From Rickettsiales bacterium (GTDB lineage Bacteria > Pseudomonadota > Alphaproteobacteria > Rickettsiales > UBA998): a stretch of DNA of 64,000 nt. Location: assembly GCA_028279475.1 (NCBI GenBank), contig JANQNR010000004.1:450393-514392 (forward strand), read 5' to 3'. Of this stretch, positions 58,361-64,000 are shown piece by piece. A model generated the notes under the pieces. The model worked only from the letters and a program-made list of their open reading frames with translations, was not told the DNA's origin and did no database searches. A program made the translations under genes and the position numbers. Numbering within the stretch: position 1 is the first letter of the stretch; every line of letters starts with the position of its first letter.

Positions 58361-59044
58361 ATGGAACAGATTGCCCCCAATTCCTGGACATCGAAAGTAA
58401 CCGACTCGCATCAATGCGTTCCGGATGTGGCGAAGATCGCCATCAACCGTGGTATCGGTGAGGTCACGTCCATCATCGCCTTTATGGGAACCGCACATTT
58501 CCTTGATGAAGTCTGTGAATTCCGTCCGGTGAAACAGGTGATCGCCAAAGTGTTACACCCTCTCGTCGGCGGAATCGACTGGTTTGCCGACAGACTACCC
58601 GCTTTGGAAAGTGATGAGGAAACACAGGCGCGGCACAATGCCACCACCCAGGAGCGTGCCTATCAGTACGCGGATATTTTATTCGATTACTCCGCTCGTA
58701 TGGTTGCCAGTATGGCGGCGCAAAAATATACGCAGGAAATGCTGGATGGCATGATGATTACGGAAAAATTGCCGAGCTCAACTTATGGCTGGTCTACTTT
58801 GTGGGATAGAGGTGTGCAGGTCGGTTCAATGCTGACACTGAATATCATGTTCCACAAACAGAATGAGGCCGTGCAGGACAAAATTCAGGCCTACATGGAA
58901 AAGGCATGGAACGTGCCTACGGATGTCGCCAATGCCAGAGCGCGCGACCTCATCAACGTACAGTTACCGAATCTGGCCGGAGCAGCTACGTCTGTAGGTA
59001 TCCTGTGGAAAGCGCATCAGGATATGCATCCTTCCCCTGCCTGA
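58361..59044 (+). CDS. hypothetical protein
   Basis: 227-aa ORF with an ATG start 10 nt after a TATAAT hexamer (58346-58351). I recognise no family. Confidence 0.4.
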   Translation: MEQIAPNSWTSKVTDSHQCVPDVAKIAINRGIGEVTSIIAFMGTAHFLDEVCEFRPVKQVIAKVLHPLVGGIDWFADRLPALESDEETQARHNATTQERAYQYADILFDYSARMVASMAAQKYTQEMLDGMMITEKLPSSTYGWSTLWDRGVQVGSMLTLNIMFHKQNEAVQDKIQAYMEKAWNVPTDVANARARDLINVQLPNLAGAATSVGILWKAHQDMHPSPA

Positions 59045-59052
59045 CCACACAT

Positions 59053-60051
59053 CTACAGCGCCGAAATGCGTCCTCGCACCGCTTGGCGCTTCTCCAGCAT
59101 ATACGGAATCAGCCCCTTATAGGTCAGATAGCCCTCATCTGAGAGCGCCTCTTCACTGATCAACTCTTCCAGAAATGGCTTCATCCCGGCAATTGCATCA
59201 ATATGCGCCTTTTTGACATAGACGTACAATGTACGCGCCACCGGGTAGGATCCATCAGCGATATGCTCAAACTCCGCGTCAATTCCATCTACCGTATGGG
59301 CAGCAATTTTATCCATATTCTGATCCAGGTAACTATAGCCAAAAATGCCCAATGCATCCGGGTTTAACGCCAGTTTCTGTACAATCAGGTTATCATTCTC
59401 TCCTGCTTCAATGTAATGCCCATCCTCACGCATCGTATGGCAAGCGGTCTTGCGCGTCTTTTTTTCCTGATATTCTGCAACAAACTCTGGTAGGTCCATG
59501 CACGCACTTTCCATTACCATTTCTACAAAGGCATCACGCGTACCGGACGTAGATTTTGGGCCATACACTTCAATCTTCTTGTCCGGCAGTGCGGCGTTGA
59601 CCTGCTTCCAGCGCGTATACGGATTCGTCGTCAATTTACCATCCACGGGTACATCCTTTGCCAGCGCCATGAACAGGTCGCGGCGTGTCAACGGAAAGAT
59701 ATCTCCCTCGATACCGCTAGCGATCACAATGCCATCCATGCCGATAGGAACTTCAATCACTTCACCTACATTATTGGCATCGCAAATCTCTTTTTCGGAA
59801 CCAAGCATCGGACGGGATGCATTGACGATATCCGGATAGTCCGTTCCCACCCCCTTACAAAATTCCAGCATACCCGCGCCGGTTCCGATGGATTCTACAA
59901 TTGGCGCTTTATGGCCGGTATTATCGCTATAGCGTTCCGCCACGGCTGCTACAAATGGAAAGACGGTTGAAGAACCAACGATACGAATCTGATCACGCGC
60001 TTGGGATGGCATGGCAATCATCATCGCAACGATAAAAAGTAGAATACGCAT
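59053..60051 (-). CDS. PstS-family periplasmic substrate-binding protein (orphan, no pstCAB nearby)
   Basis: Signal peptide MRILLFIVAMMIAMPSQA, then IRIVGSSTVFPF....AE.Y and SGTRDAF, the PBP-like/PstS family pattern. Confidence 0.7.
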   Translation of the reverse strand: MRILLFIVAMMIAMPSQARDQIRIVGSSTVFPFVAAVAERYSDNTGHKAPIVESIGTGAGMLEFCKGVGTDYPDIVNASRPMLGSEKEICDANNVGEVIEVPIGMDGIVIASGIEGDIFPLTRRDLFMALAKDVPVDGKLTTNPYTRWKQVNAALPDKKIEVYGPKSTSGTRDAFVEMVMESACMDLPEFVAEYQEKKTRKTACHTMREDGHYIEAGENDNLIVQKLALNPDALGIFGYSYLDQNMDKIAAHTVDGIDAEFEHIADGSYPVARTLYVYVKKAHIDAIAGMKPFLEELISEEALSDEGYLTYKGLIPYMLEKRQAVRGRISAL

Positions 60052-60153
60052 GAGAAGAACACTCCTAAATTATTTATGCGGAAGCATTATACTTGTTTTC
60101 TCGACAATGAGAATTGCCAAAAACGCAACGCTACTATGCAAAAAATGCATGGC

Positions 60154-60609
60154 TTATGACTCGTTGCCCTCAATCAGCGGTGCTTGGTGATCCTGATTCT
60201 GTGACCCCATAACGGATAATTCACCATAATCCATACGCTGGAATACGCCCGCATCTCGCTCTTCTAACTCTGCCAGGATAAATGCATCATGCTCCTGCGT
60301 ATTCTCAATCGGAAATGTCACTGTGTCGTTGCTCGCTTCAATCACATCGGACTCCATGATTCCTGAGATCACTACCGGGAGATTTACAATACGCACAACA
60401 TCCCGGCTATCTCCTAATTGATAGGCATGACTGGCATTCTCTGCCTGTACATCCTGGTGCTCACCGTTCTCAAAATACAAACGGTAGGTTCCGGCAGGTA
60501 GCTGAGGCAGCGAATAATGCTTAATACCCAATTCGCCGAAACTATGTTGCTTTGCCGGCAATTCCTGCTCAGATGACTGTTCTTCTACATCTACAGGTAC
60601 GGTTTCCAT
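60154..60609 (-). CDS. hypothetical acidic protein
   Basis: 151-aa ORF that overlaps the upstream PAS-like gene by 19 nt, which suggests translational coupling. I recognise no family. Confidence 0.4.
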   Translation of the reverse strand: METVPVDVEEQSSEQELPAKQHSFGELGIKHYSLPQLPAGTYRLYFENGEHQDVQAENASHAYQLGDSRDVVRIVNLPVVISGIMESDVIEASNDTVTFPIENTQEHDAFILAELEERDAGVFQRMDYGELSVMGSQNQDHQAPLIEGNES

Positions 60610-61073
60610 CGCATCCCCCCGATAATAAACCCTACGCGTGATTCGCCATCTACCCCTACCGGCAATAAAATTGAACGATAGCGGACATGTAACTGATTCG
60701 AATTTACAAACTCGCCTTCCTGCTCAATTGGCTGTCCATTCGCCACCACTTCCTCAAATTGGTGGAACAACGTATTACTGGAAGGATAGACCAGCTTTTC
60801 GCAGATTTCTTTTTCCTGCGAATCATCACCATACGCCGTCACCAAATCACTGCCCAGATAGCTATACTCATAGCGCTGGGTACGTTCGATAAAACGCACC
60901 ATCAGGCAAGAGTCCCACACCGTAGCAAGCTGCGTAATATCTACGTCAGACTCATCCGGGTAGGGCTTACTACCGCGCACTGACTCCCAATATTCTCTCA
61001 AGACTTCATTGATGCGTTGAAATCCGGGATCTTGTTTCAATACATGTGGTGTGGCGTTTTCCATATATTTCAT
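60591..61073 (-). CDS. PAS-like domain protein (alphaproteobacterial PAS_5/DUF1457-like pattern)
   Basis: INEVLREYWESVRGSKPYPDESDVDITQLATVWDSCLMVRF......YEYSYLGSDLVTAYG matches the family pattern from memory. The ATG overlaps the folC stop (TAATG). Confidence 0.5.
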   Translation of the reverse strand: MKYMENATPHVLKQDPGFQRINEVLREYWESVRGSKPYPDESDVDITQLATVWDSCLMVRFIERTQRYEYSYLGSDLVTAYGDDSQEKEICEKLVYPSSNTLFHQFEEVVANGQPIEQEGEFVNSNQLHVRYRSILLPVGVDGESRVGFIIGGMRWKPYL

Positions 61074-62395
61074 TAGTTATGTATGTGATTAGATAATAAA
61101 GACGCAACAGCGCGCAAGACTTCTCCTGCCAAGTATAACGACCCAGAGATTAATATAAGGTTAGTATGCGGGACGGTTACAGTCAACGCATCAACGGCCT
61201 GCTGCCAACCGGCACATCTTTTTACGTCATATCCCAATTGTCGCACCTGTGTCTGCAGCCGATCCGGCGCACAGCTTTTCGGATCACCATCGATCTCTAC
61301 CACCTGTATGGAAGCGGCAAAGGGCAGCAAATGGCGCAGTGTCTCCACATGATCCTTGTCATCATGCATACCAATCACCAGATGGACAGGCAATGCCTGC
61401 TGCTGCATCCATACGGCAGTAGCTTTGGCGGCATCGGGGTTATGCGTACCATCCACTACGATCTGGTGGTGCGTGCCCAACTGGCGGCAGACATCGTCGG
61501 GTAGTAGCTGAAGCCGCCCTGGCCAGACGGCATGTGACACGCCTGCCGCCATCGCATCGTTAGACACAGGCAATTGCGCGCGCACCTGCTCCAGGCACGC
61601 AATGGCGGTTGCTGCGTTGTCATACTGATGCAGCCCCGGCAGCGAAGGAGGTGGGGTGTCCAGGTCCAGCGTGTCCGAGACATAATGCAGCCTGTGATCT
61701 GCCAATCGGGTTACCTGCCATGCTGCACCCAAATCGTAGAGGGGCGCACCACAATGCGTAGCATGAGATTCAATCACCTCCAGCGCTTCCGGCGCCTGCC
61801 GTCCGGCAATGCAGGGCGCACCCGGCTTAATGATACCGGCTTTCTCGCCGGCAATTGCTGCGAGTGTCTCCCCCAGAAACTCGCGATGATCCATACCGAT
61901 GGGCGTGATGACGGTGGCAAGCGGTTCTTCGATCACGTTGGTGGCGTCCAACCGCCCTCCCATACCGACCTCCAGCAACGTGACATCCGCCGGATGCTCG
62001 GCAAACAAAGAAAAGGCCAGCACCGTGGCGCTCTCAAAATAGGTAAGCGGGCATTCCTCCAGCAACGGCATCATCGGCGTCAATGCATCCACCAGCATAG
62101 CAGCATCCGCTTCTCGGCCTGCAATGATAAAGCGCTCTTCAAACCGCATCAGATGGGGTGACGTATAACGGTGCACGCGGTAACCTGCCGCCTCCAGCAT
62201 GGCCTGCAAGAACGCAATGACCGAGCCTTTGCCGTTGGTGCCGGCCACATGAATTACCGGCGGAATGCGTTGATGCGGGTTGCCGAGGCGCTCCAGGAAC
62301 GCCAGCATCCGATCCAGCTTCAAATCGATGTTCGGCAGCGGGTGATGTTCCAATTGATGCAGTAAATGTGCAAGCGGCGTATCGGTGGCACTCAT
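61073..62395 (-). CDS. folC: bifunctional folylpolyglutamate synthase/dihydrofolate synthase
   Basis: HVAGTNGKGS P-loop and the Mur-ligase fold pattern in a 440-aa protein. Confidence 0.92.
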   Translation of the reverse strand: MSATDTPLAHLLHQLEHHPLPNIDLKLDRMLAFLERLGNPHQRIPPVIHVAGTNGKGSVIAFLQAMLEAAGYRVHRYTSPHLMRFEERFIIAGREADAAMLVDALTPMMPLLEECPLTYFESATVLAFSLFAEHPADVTLLEVGMGGRLDATNVIEEPLATVITPIGMDHREFLGETLAAIAGEKAGIIKPGAPCIAGRQAPEALEVIESHATHCGAPLYDLGAAWQVTRLADHRLHYVSDTLDLDTPPPSLPGLHQYDNAATAIACLEQVRAQLPVSNDAMAAGVSHAVWPGRLQLLPDDVCRQLGTHHQIVVDGTHNPDAAKATAVWMQQQALPVHLVIGMHDDKDHVETLRHLLPFAASIQVVEIDGDPKSCAPDRLQTQVRQLGYDVKRCAGWQQAVDALTVTVPHTNLILISGSLYLAGEVLRAVASLLSNHIHN

Positions 62396-62447
62396 GCCCG
62401 ATTGCTTACGTGCTGGCAGGCGCGTTGTCTATGGGAAAAATAGGATC

Positions 62448-62506
62448 GTCATACCGGCGCAGGCCGGTATCTTGTGCGGCGAGACTCCGGCCTTCGCCGG
62501 AGTGAC
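62448..62506. repeat. GC-rich palindromic repeat (GTCATACCGG family), two hairpins
   Basis: GTCATACCGGCGCAGGCCGGTATC contains the stem ATACCGGC/GCCGGTAT. ACTCCGGCCTTCGCCGGAGTGAC contains the stem ACTCCGGC/GCCGGAGT. Confidence 0.75.
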
Positions 62507-62514
62507 ACTATTCA

Positions 62515-63549
62515 CTAGCTGCGGGAGGGACCTGGCTTCTCTTTCGCCTGCGGCTGCTCTGGCGTGTTCGCTACGGGCGGCTCATTACTCTGCACATCAT
62601 CGAACTCAAACCCTTTATATGCCGCCACGTCCGTCGTTGCCGCTTCCGTATCACCGACATTGGCCAGCGGATTGTCGGCCGGATCGGAACGCGTAACATT
62701 CAGTGCTTTGTCCGGGCGTTCCCCGGTTGTCACCCGCCCCTGCCGAGCTGCAACTTCAATCGATGCCCCCTGTGCCAGACCAACTTCCGGACTGGCGGGG
62801 TTCAGTATTTCCTGCTGGCGTTTATAGGCTCTAATAGGGTCTTTAATCGTCTCAGACTTTTCTAAAAAGTGTTTGAATGCCAGGTCTTGTACTTCTCCGG
62901 TGCCCGGCTCAACAATAACGGGTTGTTTCCTATCACGACCTGTACTAGCCACTACTGTTCCTCCAGCGGCAAACCCATTAAATGGATCGACCTGAGGAGT
63001 AATCGTCACAGGGCCAATATGAAATGGATAGCCAATTCCACCGAGATCGCTTTGTTTGATCGTTATGGGTGCCGGTCTTTCCTGTGGTGTAAATAACTGG
63101 TCATGAAGACTTTCGGAAATGTCTGGATATATGTTCAGGTTACCCGACGGAGTGCGTGTTTTACCACCAAACTCGCCTACAACGGCAACCACTGACTCAT
63201 ATACTTCCACCTCACGCTTATTCAAACCTCCAACACCGTAATAAGTATTTGTCTCAATCTGACTTGCAGGAACATTTTCCTCCGCAGAAAGTGGGTTTTG
63301 TAATGGCGGCGTTTGCGCAACCGGCTCCGGTGCAGGCGCAGGTGCCGCTTGCATCAGATCTGCTGCACTCATTGAAATATTCGTATTCAGTATGGACGGC
63401 TCTCTTGGGGTAAGGGCTTCCTTCGCCACCGGCGTTGAGAGCGCATCCACACTCGGTGTATTGGAAGTCTGTTGATCAACCGGTGCGCCCACCTCCAAGT
63501 CGGACACACTGATAATGGGCGTCTCTTGCTTTTTCTGTTCATCGGTCAT
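62515..63549 (-). CDS. hypothetical protein (low-complexity Pro/Ala/Thr N-terminal third, no signal peptide or TM)
   Basis: 344-aa ORF with an ATG start, located upstream of folC on the same strand. I recognise no family. Confidence 0.45.
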   Translation of the reverse strand: MTDEQKKQETPIISVSDLEVGAPVDQQTSNTPSVDALSTPVAKEALTPREPSILNTNISMSAADLMQAAPAPAPEPVAQTPPLQNPLSAEENVPASQIETNTYYGVGGLNKREVEVYESVVAVVGEFGGKTRTPSGNLNIYPDISESLHDQLFTPQERPAPITIKQSDLGGIGYPFHIGPVTITPQVDPFNGFAAGGTVVASTGRDRKQPVIVEPGTGEVQDLAFKHFLEKSETIKDPIRAYKRQQEILNPASPEVGLAQGASIEVAARQGRVTTGERPDKALNVTRSDPADNPLANVGDTEAATTDVAAYKGFEFDDVQSNEPPVANTPEQPQAKEKPGPSRS

Positions 63550-63649
63550 GCGCGGTTTCCTTTTGCGTTATCCTTCATCATCATGCCTTAGCATACCATA
63601 AAATATGATTAATTCTTAGCGGGCTTGTATGAAGTTTTCATGACGGGGT

Positions 63650-63775
63650 GAATCGTCATCCGGAAGCCACATACTACAAGACTGTCATGCCGTCGCACTC
63701 GCCGCGCTAGCGCTGGCGCAGCGGGTGACGGCATCCGGCCAGACCCCGGCATGCGCCGGGGTGACAGTGATCCAC
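63650..63775. repeat. cluster of nested GC-rich palindromes (GTCAT-CCGG family)
   Basis: Read directly:
- CGTCATCCGGAAGCC
- TGTCATGCCGTC...GACGGCAT (8-bp stem) enclosing GCGCTAGCGC
- ACCCCGGC-at-GCCGGGGT (8-bp stem) followed by GACAG. Confidence 0.7.
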
Positions 63776-63780
63776 TACGC

Positions 63781-63807
63781 AAAAAAAAGCTCCCCCGAAG
63801 GAGAGCT
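63781..63807 (-). terminator. Rho-independent terminator with UUCG tetraloop
   Basis: The minus strand reads AGCUCUCC-UUCG-GGGGAGCU followed by U8. The G-U pair exists only on the minus-strand transcript, so the terminator is strand-specific. Confidence 0.85.
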
Positions 63808-64000
63808 AAAATGTAATCATTGCTATGTGGTGTATGACCCATCGCACCCGCCCCATCTTTTGGATGGTTTGGATTTGTTGAGCCATGAAGTCGAACGCCC
63901 TAACCACCCTAAAACAGGCCAACGACCCGTAATAGTTTGTATTAGGGTTCGTGGGAGGAACGTACCCATCCAACCCACCGGAGTAGGTGGAGGGATTATT
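63806..64000 (-). other. 3' end of an unresolved minus-strand transcription unit (partial CDS or structured RNA) entering from beyond the window
   Basis: Two minus-strand frames are open from the window edge. Frame 1 ends ...MGRVRWVIHHIAMITF* with its TAG inside the terminator stem, and frame 2 ends at a TAG about 63 bp further upstream in the transcript (higher window coordinate). I cannot assign a family or decide between coding and non-coding. Confidence 0.3.

Noticed and set aside
63609-63842. 77-aa ORF (MGHTPHSNDY...) and the 76-aa ORF 50590..50820
   Set aside because: Both are largely translations of the GC-rich palindromic repeats (RRMPGSGRMPSPAAPALARR and VIPGAAIAKTRNP). They are repeat artefacts rather than genes.
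63915-63935. GCC AAC GAC (A-N-D) on the plus strand, reminiscent of a tmRNA tag start; also considered because smpB is in the window
   Set aside because: The frame stops after four codons (ANDP*). There is no tRNA-like T-arm/CCA or terminal (L/V)AA tag, and alphaproteobacterial two-piece tmRNA features are not visible.

Overview
This 64-kb chromosomal window most likely comes from an alphaproteobacterium. That is an inference from gene content: hisB-DUF2628-hisH, a DUF1476/zeta ATPase-inhibitor homologue, Usg, an FlbD-type sigma-54 activator, a CobT-like vWA protein, a eukaryote-like (type-2) IleRS and a nuo operon that starts at nuoJ. I can support about 65 protein genes and one tRNA (Pro-UGG). 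I found no rRNA, CRISPR array, transposase, integrase or recognisable phage or defence genes.

Gene content from left to right:
- nuoJKL(M')
- cspA, then a small AT-rich GNAT/GIY-YIG islet next to tRNA-Pro
- dapA and smpB
- an fbpABC-type iron transporter
- a beta-helix protein and clpX
- a 12-kb polar-flagellum block (fliF-fliG-fliH-fliN-motA-flbD-flhA-flhF-flhG-fliK-like)
- ispB, serC-serA and an MCP
- gpsA-ileS-hslV
- hisB-DUF2628-hisH
- an apparently accessory block (GNAT, motB, three TadE/TadG-like pseudopilin-type proteins, cobT-like, GT2)
- rpmF-plsX-fabH-ihfA
- bioA, purQ-purS-purC, the zeta homologue, pirin, usg and an ipdC-like gene
- several lineage-specific hypothetical proteins around folC

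The most unusual observation is a complete DUF559 (Vsr-like endonuclease) module sitting in-frame inside the essential ileS gene. It lies in the CP1/editing region and is more AT-rich than its host gene. Two near-identical GC hairpins (CCTCCCCCCG...CGGGGGGAGG) bracket it.

Other notable observations:
- ORF-less hairpin-bracketed cassettes and a GTCAT-CCGG palindromic repeat family in intergenic DNA
- an orphan Tad-like/vWA cluster that includes a protein with a Cys-rich module and a roughly 55-aa Pro/Lys tail
- an FlbD homologue that seems to lack the phospho-acceptor Asp
- a four-copy AGGGTATAG motif array directly upstream of the ipdC-like gene

All calls come from reading the supplied translations and sequence by eye. 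No database searches were run.
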